Of a stretch of 64,000 bases of DNA, positions 1 through 8,813 are shown one piece after another. Position 1 is the stretch's first letter; each line of letters starts with the position of its first letter. Under the pieces are notes generated by a model. The model saw nothing but the letters and a program-made list of their open reading frames with translations. It searched no databases and was not told where the DNA came from. Origin of the DNA: Flavobacterium sp. (GTDB taxonomy: Bacteria; Bacteroidota; Bacteroidia; Flavobacteriales; Flavobacteriaceae); the NCBI RefSeq assembly GCF_004211145.1, contig NZ_SEBS01000015.1, positions 27,760 through 91,759 of the forward strand. Direction: 5' to 3'. The position numbers and the translations under genes were made by a program.

Positions 1-1207
1 CAGGCGGTTCCAGAGTCTGGGTGTCCGAATACGTGTGGCCGCAAGCGTCGGTAAGCGTAAAACTGTAATCGCCGAACGGAACGGTATTCGTGTCGTCGCC
101 GTAATCGGTCGTGGAACCTGAAAAGGGTCCGGGATGATTCGGGTTGTACGTCGTCGGATCGAAACCGGCGGGAAAAGATGTAAATACGATATTGTAAGGA
201 GCGACGTAAACCGACGGCTCGATATAGAAAAAGTATTGGCTGCACTCGCCCAACTGGGGCACGAATGAAGCCGTCAACGTCAAATCGACGACGTTGCCCG
301 GAAATGAAACCGTCGTGCCGCAAGCGTCGGTCACGGTCAAGTCGTACGTGTACATTTGGCCGTACCAGAACGGGATGGTCTGCAAAGCCGTGTACGAATC
401 AGGATTTCCCGTCGTGCCGATATTGCTCAAAACGACATTATTGGTTCCGTTCGGCGAATAAACCGTGTAAACCATTGTCAATGGATAGAGCAAATTATCA
501 TCGTCGAGATCGGCTGGATAAACGGGATTCGTGACGGTAATGTGGTTGCAATCGGGGAGTTCGGGAAGAAAACCCATGCCGCCTACATAGAATACGACTT
601 CGTTATGCGGAACCGTTACCGATATGGATTGTTTTGCGCCGCATATATCGGTCACGCGTAAGGTGTAAAGCCCGGGCAACAATCCCGTGAAGAGAGGCGA
701 ACTTTGCGGGCTTACGGTTTCAGGACCTTCGAACAATTCATACTCGAGCGGGAACCCGGCCGTGACGACTGCGGTTATCGTGCCGTCCTCGCAATGTTCC
801 TCGGTAAAAGTCGCGCTGATCTGCAAGGGCGTAATCATTTCTACGATCGTGACGTCCTGGGACGGAAACGTAGTCGGAACACCGCTCACAGTTACCGTCG
901 CAACCACGCGATACGTTCCGGCGTCCAGACCTGTGAGTTCGCCTCCGTTCGATGTCAGTATGGAAATAGGAGTGACGAGATCCGGTAGTTTGAAGATTCG
1001 GAATTCGAACGTCGCCGATGGAGCCGGATTGGTAATCGTACATGTAATCTTGGCGTTGCCGTCGCAGGTTTCGTCGGTCTTGCTTACGACGAGTTGCGCC
1101 GATGTTCCGGTCGAAAAAAACAACAGAAAAAACAGCAAAAGACTTCCCGCAAGCTTCGTTGAGATTGTTGCAATAGCGGAAATTCGTGGGCGTAAAATTA
1201 TTTCCAC
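1..1207 (-). CDS. Secreted Cys-motif repeat surface protein (SprB-repeat/adhesin-like), 3' end cut by window edge
   Basis: Absent from the ORF track because its stop lies left of position 1. The minus-strand frame is open from 1240 down to 1 (in-frame TAA at 1241-1243). Translation reads ..EIILRPRISAIATISTKLAGSLLLFFLLFFSTGTSAQ (signal-peptide-like). Repeated modules follow with Cys motifs (TDETCDGNAKITCTI, TEEHCEDGTITAVV, VTDICGAKQ, VTDACGTT, LTDACGH) typical of flavobacterial SprB-type repeats. There is no in-frame ATG, so GTG at 1207 is a best guess. Listed ORFs 265-534, 356-661, 687-1274 and 738-1277 are off-frame shadows. Confidence 0.55.
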   Translation of the reverse strand, partial: MEIILRPRISAIATISTKLAGSLLLFFLLFFSTGTSAQLVVSKTDETCDGNAKITCTITNPAPSATFEFRIFKLPDLVTPISILTSNGGELTGLDAGTYRVVATVTVSGVPTTFPSQDVTIVEMITPLQISATFTEEHCEDGTITAVVTAGFPLEYELFEGPETVSPQSSPLFTGLLPGLYTLRVTDICGAKQSISVTVPHNEVVFYVGGMGFLPELPDCNHITVTNPVYPADLDDDNLLYPLTMVYTVYSPNGTNNVVLSNIGTTGNPDSYTALQTIPFWYGQMYTYDLTVTDACGTTVSFPGNVVDLTLTASFVPQLGECSQYFFYIEPSVYVAPYNIVFTSFPAGFDPTTYNPNHPGPFSGSTTDYGDDTNTVPFGDYSFTLTDACGHTYSDTQTLEPP

Positions 1208-1303
1208 GGTTCGAATAGCAATTTGTTGTTGTTCGACAATTTACGAAAAATTCATGTCCGCCATTTTCATTTAACATTTTAAGACAATATTTGGTTTACT
1301 TGT

Positions 1304-1334
1304 TTGGCAGGTAAATAAATATGCCTTAATTTTG
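1304..1334 (+). promoter_or_regulatory. Candidate Bacteroidetes sigma-A promoter of rpsA (-33 TTG / -7 TAATTTTG)
   Basis: TAATTTTG at 1327-1334 matches the TAnnTTTG -7 consensus. TTG at 1304-1306 lies 20 nt upstream. This leaves a 5' UTR of about 110 nt before rpsA. Confidence 0.35.
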
Positions 1335-1451
1335 CACACCTTTTTGATGGAGAACGGATTTCCGGAAAGGCGCTAAAAAAACAAAAAAACAACTTCTGTT
1401 TTTAATCTGTTAAGAAATCCGGTAAAAGCAGGATACAAATTATTAATCAGC

Positions 1452-3221
1452 ATGTCTGAATTATTAAAAACACAAGAAGACTTTTTGAACAACTTCAACT
1501 GGAACAACTACCAAGAAGGTATCGACGCCGTTGATGAGACAAACTTGAAGGAATTCGAGGAACTCGTTTCAAAAACCTTCATCGCAACAGATCAGGAAGA
1601 AGTAGTGGACGGAACAGTCGTGAGAATGACTGACCGTGACGTAATCGTCGACATCAACGCCAAATCAGAAGGTGTTATCTCGTTGAACGAATTCCGTTAC
1701 AACCCGAACCTGAAAGTTGGAGACAAAGTAGAAGTCTTGATCGACGTTCGTGAGGACAAGACAGGACAACTCGTACTTTCTCACCGTAAAGCTAGAACCA
1801 TCAAATCATGGGATCGCGTTATCAACGCTCATGACACTGGCGAAATCGTAAACGGATTCGTGAAATGCCGCACTAAAGGTGGTATGATCGTGGACGTTTT
1901 CGGGATCGAGGCGTTCCTTCCTGGATCGCAGATCGACGTTAAGCCGATCCGTGACTACGATATCTACGTGAACAAGACCATGGAATTCAAGGTCGTGAAA
2001 ATCAACCACGAATTCAAGAACGTCGTAGTATCGCACAAAGCGCTTATCGAGGCTGACATCGAAGTACAGAAGAAAGAGATCATCGGGCAATTGCAAAAAG
2101 GTCAGGTACTCGAAGGTGTCGTTAAAAACATCACTTCTTACGGAGTATTCATCGACCTTGGAGGCGTTGACGGACTTATCCACATCACTGACCTTTCTTG
2201 GTCACGTATCAACCACCCAAGTGAAGTTCTTGAACTAGACCAGAAATTGAACGTCGTAATCCTTGATTTCGATGACGAGAAAACTCGTATCCAACTTGGT
2301 CTTAAGCAATTGAACGCTCACCCATGGGATGCTTTGAGTCAAGAGCTTAAAGTTGGTGACAAAGTGAAAGGAAAAGTTGTCGTTATCGCTGACTACGGTG
2401 CTTTCATCGAAGTTGCTGAAGGCGTTGAAGGACTTATCCACGTTAGCGAAATGTCTTGGTCTACGCACTTGCGTTCGGCTCAGGATTTCGTGAAAGTTGG
2501 CGACGTCGTCGAAGCTCAAATCTTGACTTTGGATCGTGAAGACCGCAAAATGTCACTTGGTATCAAGCAATTGACTCCAGATCCATGGACCGACATCACG
2601 TCTAAATACCCTGTAGGTTCTAAACACACAGGTATCGTTCGTAACTTCACAAACTTCGGTGTATTCGTAGAATTGGAAGAAGGAATCGACGGATTGATCT
2701 ACATCTCTGACCTTTCTTGGACTAAAAAAGTGAAACACCCTTCAGAATTCGTGAACGTTGGTGACAAACTTGAAGTTGTCGTATTGGAACTTGACGTAGA
2801 CGGACGCAAATTGTCATTGGGTCACAAGCAAACACAACCAAACCCATGGGATAAGCACGAAGCTGCCTTTGGAGTTGGAACCCTTCACGAAGGGACGATT
2901 GCTGAGATCGTTGATAAAGGAGCGACAGTTGACTTCGGAGATGACGTAGTTGCGTTCATCCCTGCGCGTCACCTTGAAAAAGAAGACGGCAAGAAACTTA
3001 AGAAAGGTGAAACTGCCCAATTCAAAGTAATCGAATTCAACAAGGAGTTCAAGCGCGTGGTTGCGTCTCACACTGCTACTTTCCGTGAGGAAGAGGAGAA
3101 GAACGTTCGCCAGTCGCAAGAAAGCTCGAACAACAACAACGCTTCGGCGCCGACGTTGGGAGACAACAACGACATCCTTGCCGGTTTGAAAGCTAAAATG
3201 GAGAAGAACGAGAAGAAATAA
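1452..3221 (+). CDS. rpsA: 30S ribosomal protein S1
   Basis: 589 aa with six tandem S1 RNA-binding domains (repeated G.V..I..FGAF/VF.D..G..GL.H.S..SW pattern). Followed by a strong terminator. Confidence 0.97.
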   Translation: MSELLKTQEDFLNNFNWNNYQEGIDAVDETNLKEFEELVSKTFIATDQEEVVDGTVVRMTDRDVIVDINAKSEGVISLNEFRYNPNLKVGDKVEVLIDVREDKTGQLVLSHRKARTIKSWDRVINAHDTGEIVNGFVKCRTKGGMIVDVFGIEAFLPGSQIDVKPIRDYDIYVNKTMEFKVVKINHEFKNVVVSHKALIEADIEVQKKEIIGQLQKGQVLEGVVKNITSYGVFIDLGGVDGLIHITDLSWSRINHPSEVLELDQKLNVVILDFDDEKTRIQLGLKQLNAHPWDALSQELKVGDKVKGKVVVIADYGAFIEVAEGVEGLIHVSEMSWSTHLRSAQDFVKVGDVVEAQILTLDREDRKMSLGIKQLTPDPWTDITSKYPVGSKHTGIVRNFTNFGVFVELEEGIDGLIYISDLSWTKKVKHPSEFVNVGDKLEVVVLELDVDGRKLSLGHKQTQPNPWDKHEAAFGVGTLHEGTIAEIVDKGATVDFGDDVVAFIPARHLEKEDGKKLKKGETAQFKVIEFNKEFKRVVASHTATFREEEEKNVRQSQESSNNNNASAPTLGDNNDILAGLKAKMEKNEKK

Positions 3222-3243
3222 TTTCTTTTCGCCTTAATAATAA

Positions 3244-3274
3244 AGCCTCGTAGAAATACGGGGCTTTTTTTTTT
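3244..3274 (+). terminator. Rho-independent terminator after rpsA
   Basis: Stem AGCCTCG (3244-3250) pairs with CGGGGCT (3259-3265), with one G-U pair. Loop is TAGAAATA, followed by T10. Confidence 0.8.
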
Positions 3275-3485
3275 GACGCAACCATTTAAAGAAAAAAACG
3301 TCTACCAATCACAACGCTTCGAATTATGTTAACTGTTCAATATTCCAATCGTAAACTATAGTTATGAAAAAATCTTCATTGTTATTTACCTGACATTCTT
3401 TAGTGGTCTTGTCTCAGAAGCCCAGGTTGTTTCTCTCCCAACCAATTTTAAGGCAAAACTGCTTACAGCTTCGGACGAGACTTAT

Positions 3486-5987
3486 ATGGCAAAAGACGTG
3501 AATGGAACCTGGGTTTCAATCGACACGAATTCTGACGGGCAAATCCAAGTAAACGAAGCCATCGCGATATACTATCTCGATGTTTCCGGCTCATGGGGGG
3601 ATTCAGGCCCTGGTGCCGGTAATATGTCGGGCATTGAAGCATTTGCAAACCTGCGAACGTTGAAGTGCCGAGGTGTGACGAACGTGATAAATTTTAACAT
3701 TAGTGGGCTTGCGAATCTGATCGAGATGGATTGCTCCAATATTACCGGCATCCAGTCGTTGGATTTTAGCGGGCTTACCCAATTGAAAAAACTCTCGTGT
3801 ACCGGAAATCTAATCCAACAAATTGACTGCAGTGATTTGGTGCAGCTAGAGGAATTAAACTGCGGCGGAAGCGGCCTCACATCTTTAAATATCTCCAATA
3901 TTCCGTCACTAAAGATTTTAAGATATTCCAGCAGCCCGAATCTGCCATTACCCGATTTTTCGCAACACTCTACGCTCGAAGAGTTAGATTGCTCGGTTAA
4001 CAATTATGTTTCATTGGATGTTACCATGCTTGCGAATCTAAAGAAACTCAGATGTGGCGGCAACGGTCTCGTTTCGCTGAATATGAGCGGTTTAAGTCAG
4101 CTGGAACATCTTGATTATTCCTACAGTCCGCAACTGCCGGATTTAGCACTCTCTTCCTGGCCAACCCTGAAACGTATATATTGTAAAAATAGCGGCCTTA
4201 GTCAGCTCGATTTGGCTGGTCTGGACGAACTGGAGATATTGCAATGCAATAATAACCAGTTTGCCTCGCTAGACCTCGAAGGAAAAGTACAATTAGTCCA
4301 CCTTGAATGTAGTAATAATCAATTGACCGAACTTGACCTGAGCGATTGCGTTTCCCTGAAACGGCTTTTCTGCAACGACAATAATTTGACGTCGATCGAT
4401 GTGGGCAACAGCCCTGAAATGGAGGTATTTTTTGCCAATAATAACAACCTGCAATCGATTTTTGCACCGACAATGCATATCATAACGAACGGTATTTCGG
4501 ATCTTATGTTTGACGGGAATCCTGACATAAGTTATATATGTGTACCAGAATCCCTTTTTGCCTATATAGATAATAAGCTCAATTATTACGGGATTGAAAA
4601 TTGCGAAGTGAATTCCTATTGCTCGTTCACGCCTCTAGATGCCTCATACGCCCTTACCGGCGTCCTTCGTTATGATTATGAGATGAACGGTTGTGACGGC
4701 TCTGACGATTATGCGAATTTTGTTCGCCTGAGTCTGACAGATGGCACTCAAACCGGCATCTCCCTCTATAATCAAGATACGTTTAACATACCATTGCCTG
4801 CAGGAAACCACACCTTGACGCCAATCTTGGAAAACCCTGAGTATTTTTTGGTATCGCCAAGTTCGGTCAGTGTGGTTTTTCCTGATGAGGAAAGTCCGTT
4901 ACAACATGATTTCTGCATTTCCCCGAATGGTACGTTCCCTGACCTTGAAGTCCTGTTGTTTTCGAGACATGTGTGTCTTCCTGGAGAAACGATAACTTAT
5001 CAATTGCTCATCAAGAATAAAGGAACGCAGGATCAATCAGGCACGGTACATTTGCAATATGACGAGTCTGTATTGGATTTTGTGGATTCCGATATTGCCT
5101 TAGCTACACAATCTGCGGGTGATCTTGTCTGGGATTTTGAAAACCTTGAGCCTTTCGAACGCAGATTGATCACGATCAAGTTCCATCTTAATTCACCTAT
5201 GGATACACCTCCATTGAACGGAGGCGATATTTTGAATTACACGGCCACGATATCATCAACACTTAGCGATACGCAACTACAGGACAATACGATCGTTTTT
5301 CATGAAACAATTGCCAATTCTTACGACCCGAATGATAAGATATGTATCGAAGGACAGGTTGTAGGTCCTGAAATGGCCGGCCAGTACGTGCATTATGTGA
5401 TCCGATTCGAAAATACGGGTGACGCGAACGCTCATAACATTGTCGTCAGGGATGTCATCGACACAACAAAATACGATATAGAAACTCTTATCCCTATGGT
5501 TTCCAGCCATAATTTCGAATTCCGTGCCATAAATGAACGTGTTGAATTTATTTTCAAGAATATCGACCTGCCTTTTGCGCCTGAGAGCAACAATGGGTTC
5601 ATTGCATTTAAAATCAAGACCAAACCTACCTTGACCGTTGGCGACACTTTCAGCAATTCGGCTTCGATTTACTTCGATTACAATTTCCCTGTTGTAACCG
5701 AACCCGCTATTACTGTTATCCAAACTTTGCAAACAGCCGACTTTGAGTTTTCAGAACATTTTGTGTTGTATCCGAATCCATCCGGCAAAGAAATACGCAT
5801 CGCCTCCAAAGATAATGCGGCGCTCAAATCGATCAGTTTCTATAACGCGCTCGGACAATTGGTGCTGACAAATGTAAGCCCACAGACCGATGCCACGATT
5901 GATGTGTCGACTTTATTGCAAGGACAGTATTATGTAAAAGTTTTTTCTGAAATAGGTACGTCGGTTACCAAGTTCCTTAAAAATTAG
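3486..5987 (+). CDS. Leucine-rich-repeat surface protein with T9SS C-terminal sorting domain (N-terminus problematic, see findings)
   Basis: The N-terminal half is tandem repeats of about 22 aa (L..L.C..N.L..LDLS.L..L). The middle contains NSYDPNDK...RFENTGDANAHNIVV, a conserved flavobacterial repeat-type domain. The last ~80 aa (FVLYPNPSGKEIRI...ISFYNALGQLV...GQYYVKV) look like a Por/T9SS C-terminal domain (CTD). The frame stays open upstream to 3333 and encodes a signal-peptide-like stretch with no in-frame canonical start. Confidence 0.85.
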   Translation: MAKDVNGTWVSIDTNSDGQIQVNEAIAIYYLDVSGSWGDSGPGAGNMSGIEAFANLRTLKCRGVTNVINFNISGLANLIEMDCSNITGIQSLDFSGLTQLKKLSCTGNLIQQIDCSDLVQLEELNCGGSGLTSLNISNIPSLKILRYSSSPNLPLPDFSQHSTLEELDCSVNNYVSLDVTMLANLKKLRCGGNGLVSLNMSGLSQLEHLDYSYSPQLPDLALSSWPTLKRIYCKNSGLSQLDLAGLDELEILQCNNNQFASLDLEGKVQLVHLECSNNQLTELDLSDCVSLKRLFCNDNNLTSIDVGNSPEMEVFFANNNNLQSIFAPTMHIITNGISDLMFDGNPDISYICVPESLFAYIDNKLNYYGIENCEVNSYCSFTPLDASYALTGVLRYDYEMNGCDGSDDYANFVRLSLTDGTQTGISLYNQDTFNIPLPAGNHTLTPILENPEYFLVSPSSVSVVFPDEESPLQHDFCISPNGTFPDLEVLLFSRHVCLPGETITYQLLIKNKGTQDQSGTVHLQYDESVLDFVDSDIALATQSAGDLVWDFENLEPFERRLITIKFHLNSPMDTPPLNGGDILNYTATISSTLSDTQLQDNTIVFHETIANSYDPNDKICIEGQVVGPEMAGQYVHYVIRFENTGDANAHNIVVRDVIDTTKYDIETLIPMVSSHNFEFRAINERVEFIFKNIDLPFAPESNNGFIAFKIKTKPTLTVGDTFSNSASIYFDYNFPVVTEPAITVIQTLQTADFEFSEHFVLYPNPSGKEIRIASKDNAALKSISFYNALGQLVLTNVSPQTDATIDVSTLLQGQYYVKVFSEIGTSVTKFLKN

Positions 5988-6004
5988 TAAGATAATTTTA
6001 AGAA

Positions 6005-6031
6005 GCCTCGTCAAGTACGGGGCTTTTTTTG
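6005..6031 (+). terminator. Rho-independent terminator after LRR gene
   Basis: Stem AGCCTCG (6005-6011) pairs with CGGGGCT (6019-6025). Loop is TCAAGTA, followed by T7. The stem is identical to that of the rpsA terminator. Confidence 0.8.
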
Positions 6032-6101
6032 TTATTAAAAGTTTAAGAAAAGGGCATTTAAGCCATAGTATCTTATATTTGAGTTCCGACAAAACTACGA
6101 T

Positions 6102-7067
6102 ATGAAACTTGGGATCCTGCTTACCACTGAAAATCGCCTCTTGAGCGTCGCCGCCATGCTCGACGTGTTCCAAACCGTAAACCGTTTTTACGTAGAGGTC
6201 GAACGCGATCCGTTTTTCGAGATCGAATTGTTGTATCAGGACGATTCCAGGCCGTTATTGTATTCGGAATACGAACTGACCAAACCCGACTCCCAGGCGC
6301 GTTACGACCTACTTTTGATTCCCGCGTTCAAGCCTGACGCGATGCCGTCCCAGCTCGCCACGAACCGCAATTGGATTCCGTGGTTGCAGAACCAATATGC
6401 GAACGGCGCACACATCGCCAGTTTTTGCACGGGCGCGTTTCTTTTGGCGGCGACCGGTTTGCTTGACGGAAAGCCCGCGACCACGCATATCAACGCCGAA
6501 TACGCATTCGCCTCGGCATTTCCAAAAGTCCTTGTCCAAGCCGACGCCGTCGTCACGGAGCAAGATCGCATCTTCACGAGCGGCGGCGCCACGAACAGTT
6601 TCCATTTGATGATCTATTTGATCGAGAAATTCTGCAGTCGCGCGGTTGCCGTTCGGACGGCTAAGATTTTTTCAGTCGATATCGATCGTAAACAGCAAAG
6701 TTACTTTGGCACTTTTCTGCCGATTGAAGATCACGGTGATTCGCTCGTGAAACAGGCGCAGCTTGAAATCCGCAAGAATTTCCGGGAAGCGAACACGATA
6801 GAGGAAATCATCGTCGATGTTCCGTCGAGTCGCCGCAACCTCGTACGCCGGTTCAAACAGGCCACGGGAATCACTCCGATCGAATATCTTCAAAAAACAC
6901 GTATCGAAGCCGCAAAGCAAATGCTCGAGCAATCGCGACACAGCGTGCTCGAAGTCATGCTCGATTCGGGTTACAACGATTTGAAATCCTTCAGGACGTT
7001 GTTCAAGAAAAACGTCGGGATGACGCCGACGGCTTATAGAGACAAGTTCAACGCGATACAATTCTGA
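6102..7067 (+). CDS. AraC-family transcriptional regulator with N-terminal DJ-1/PfpI (GlxA-type) domain
   Basis: The N-terminus has a GATase1-like fold signature (IASFCTGAFLLAATGLLDG). The C-terminus has a double HTH (RRNLVRRFKQATGITPIEYLQKTRIEAAKQML...GYNDLKSFRTLFKKNVGMTPTAYR). Confidence 0.85.
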   Translation: MKLGILLTTENRLLSVAAMLDVFQTVNRFYVEVERDPFFEIELLYQDDSRPLLYSEYELTKPDSQARYDLLLIPAFKPDAMPSQLATNRNWIPWLQNQYANGAHIASFCTGAFLLAATGLLDGKPATTHINAEYAFASAFPKVLVQADAVVTEQDRIFTSGGATNSFHLMIYLIEKFCSRAVAVRTAKIFSVDIDRKQQSYFGTFLPIEDHGDSLVKQAQLEIRKNFREANTIEEIIVDVPSSRRNLVRRFKQATGITPIEYLQKTRIEAAKQMLEQSRHSVLEVMLDSGYNDLKSFRTLFKKNVGMTPTAYRDKFNAIQF

Positions 7068-7281
7068 TTGCATAAGATTTTCACTTCTGCCAAAACAAAT
7101 GAAATTCGAAAGAAAAGCAAGAATTTTCGTCTTTTTTTGAGTTCTTTTTTCGGAAATTCAATTTTTTGACAGCGTAAATTTTTAAATCCTAAATTCGAAT
7201 GTCACAATATCCAATTCGTTGATTTTTCGTGATTTATTGTGTAGATTGCTGCTTTCGAAATCAATCACAACACAATATATA

Positions 7282-8685
7282 ATGGGGAAAATTACTTTGT
7301 TGCTACTTTTTGCGGTCTCAGGCTTCGCGCAATGCGTCACGGGTGTATCGACCGGGGTTTTTCATGGCGCAGTCATATTAGACAACGGCACTTTGCACAC
7401 TTGGGGCGGAGCTATGAATGACTGGGGAATGCTCGGCCAGGGAAACGTAAGTTATATTTATGAACCCACTCAGGCCGGTAACCAGACAAACTGGGCCAAA
7501 GTTTTTACCGGTGCGCTGACCACATTCGGCATCAAGACGAACGGAACATTATGGGGAACAGGCTGCAACGAACAAGGTGATTTGGGCATTGGAACATACG
7601 GGCCTTCCAACGTATCCAAGGTATTCGTACAAGTTGGCACGGCTACCAACTGGAAATCGGGGTCGGGAAGCAGCGATCACACCGTAGCCGTAAAAACCGA
7701 CGGCACGCTTTGGGCTTGGGGAAGCAATACGTACCGCCAACTTGGCGACGGAACCACAACTAGCCATTACACGCCGAATCAGGTCGGCAGCGAGACGAAT
7801 TGGAAAGATGCAGTTGCGATCCATCACGCGACGATCGGCGTGAAAACAAACGGCACGCTTTGGGGTTGGGGAAGCAATGGAGCGGGAGCCATAGGGCAAT
7901 TTACGGGAATCGGAAGTTCGAGCGTACCGTTGCAGATCGGTACCGATACGAATTGGTCAGCAATCGCATCAGGTGCTTACAGTCTTCATACGCTTGCACT
8001 CAAAAATGACGGCCGACTGTACGTTTTCGGGGGCGCGTGGTCAAGCGGCGTCGGGGCTTTGGGATTGGGGCCGCAGATCACATTTATGTCCTTTCCCGTG
8101 CAGATAGGTACCGATTCGGATTGGGCGAAGATCAGCGCCTATTTCAACACCTCGTTCGCGATCAAAACTGACGGTACACTTTGGGGCTGGGGACAGAATA
8201 ATTTAGGGCAGCTCGGCGACGGTACGACCCAGGACAGGAATGTTCCCACGCAGATCGGGACCGACAGCGATTGGGTTTCAGTACATGCCGGATATAATCA
8301 CACGGTTGCGCAAAAAGCCGATGGCAGCGTTTACGCTTGGGGACAAAATTCGTCAGGCCAACTCGGTATCGGAACCGCGCCCGATTCACACGTTCCGGTT
8401 ATGGTAATCAATTCGTGTTCGTTGCATGCGACGGAATTTTCGTCAAGCGAGTTCATCTTGAGTCCAAATCCAGCGAGTGAAAGTTTCGGATTTCGCGCGG
8501 GCAACGCGGCCATTTTAACGAATGTTTGCGTTTACGATCTTTCGGGCAGATTAGTAAAAATGCTAGCCGGTTTCCAAAGTTCGGATACGACCGTCGACAT
8601 TCACGATCTCGCATCAGGGATTTACAATGTAGTGGCAACCACGGCGTCGGGCACGACATCGACACACAAACTCGTAAAGGAATAA
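7282..8685 (+). CDS. RCC1-repeat (beta-propeller) protein with T9SS C-terminal sorting domain
   Basis: Repeated GTLW.WG.N..GQLGDGT modules. ATG at 7282 gives MGKITLLLLFAVSGFAQ, a signal peptide; the listed TTG start at 7219 is less likely. The C-terminus (FILSPNPASESF...VCVYDLSGRLV...GIYNVVATT) is a T9SS CTD-like tail. Confidence 0.85.
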   Translation: MGKITLLLLFAVSGFAQCVTGVSTGVFHGAVILDNGTLHTWGGAMNDWGMLGQGNVSYIYEPTQAGNQTNWAKVFTGALTTFGIKTNGTLWGTGCNEQGDLGIGTYGPSNVSKVFVQVGTATNWKSGSGSSDHTVAVKTDGTLWAWGSNTYRQLGDGTTTSHYTPNQVGSETNWKDAVAIHHATIGVKTNGTLWGWGSNGAGAIGQFTGIGSSSVPLQIGTDTNWSAIASGAYSLHTLALKNDGRLYVFGGAWSSGVGALGLGPQITFMSFPVQIGTDSDWAKISAYFNTSFAIKTDGTLWGWGQNNLGQLGDGTTQDRNVPTQIGTDSDWVSVHAGYNHTVAQKADGSVYAWGQNSSGQLGIGTAPDSHVPVMVINSCSLHATEFSSSEFILSPNPASESFGFRAGNAAILTNVCVYDLSGRLVKMLAGFQSSDTTVDIHDLASGIYNVVATTASGTTSTHKLVKE

Positions 8686-8701
8686 CTTTAAATTAGATAC
8701 G

Positions 8702-8730
8702 AAAATCCCGTTATTCACAGCGGGATTTTT
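8702..8730 (+). terminator. Hairpin terminator after RCC1-repeat gene
   Basis: AAAATCCCG (8702-8710) pairs with CGGGATTTT (8721-8729). Loop is 10 nt and the T-run partly lies in the stem. Confidence 0.6.
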
Positions 8731-8813
8731 CAGTTAAAATATGCTGCAATACGGCGTATGTTAAGATTCTCTGCAACTTTCACTACTTTTAACGGTAATC
8801 TAAAATCATCGTT

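Noticed and set aside
265-1277. Listed ORFs 265-534, 356-661, 687-1274, 704-988 and 738-1277 as possible genes
   Set aside because: All overlap a longer minus-strand frame that is open to the window edge. That frame encodes a signal peptide plus repeated Cys-motif modules. The listed ORFs have low-complexity, Arg/Ser-rich or otherwise non-protein-like translations typical of off-frame shadows.
7219-7281. Upstream start extensions proposed by the ORF track (7219, 22892, 28522, 30613, 30621, 31125, 33389, 33879, 45388, 50705, 52389, 12302)
   Set aside because: In each case an internal ATG yields a canonical signal peptide or the conserved family N-terminus. The extension is non-conserved-looking, often overlaps a neighbouring gene, terminator or promoter, and several extensions use TTG.
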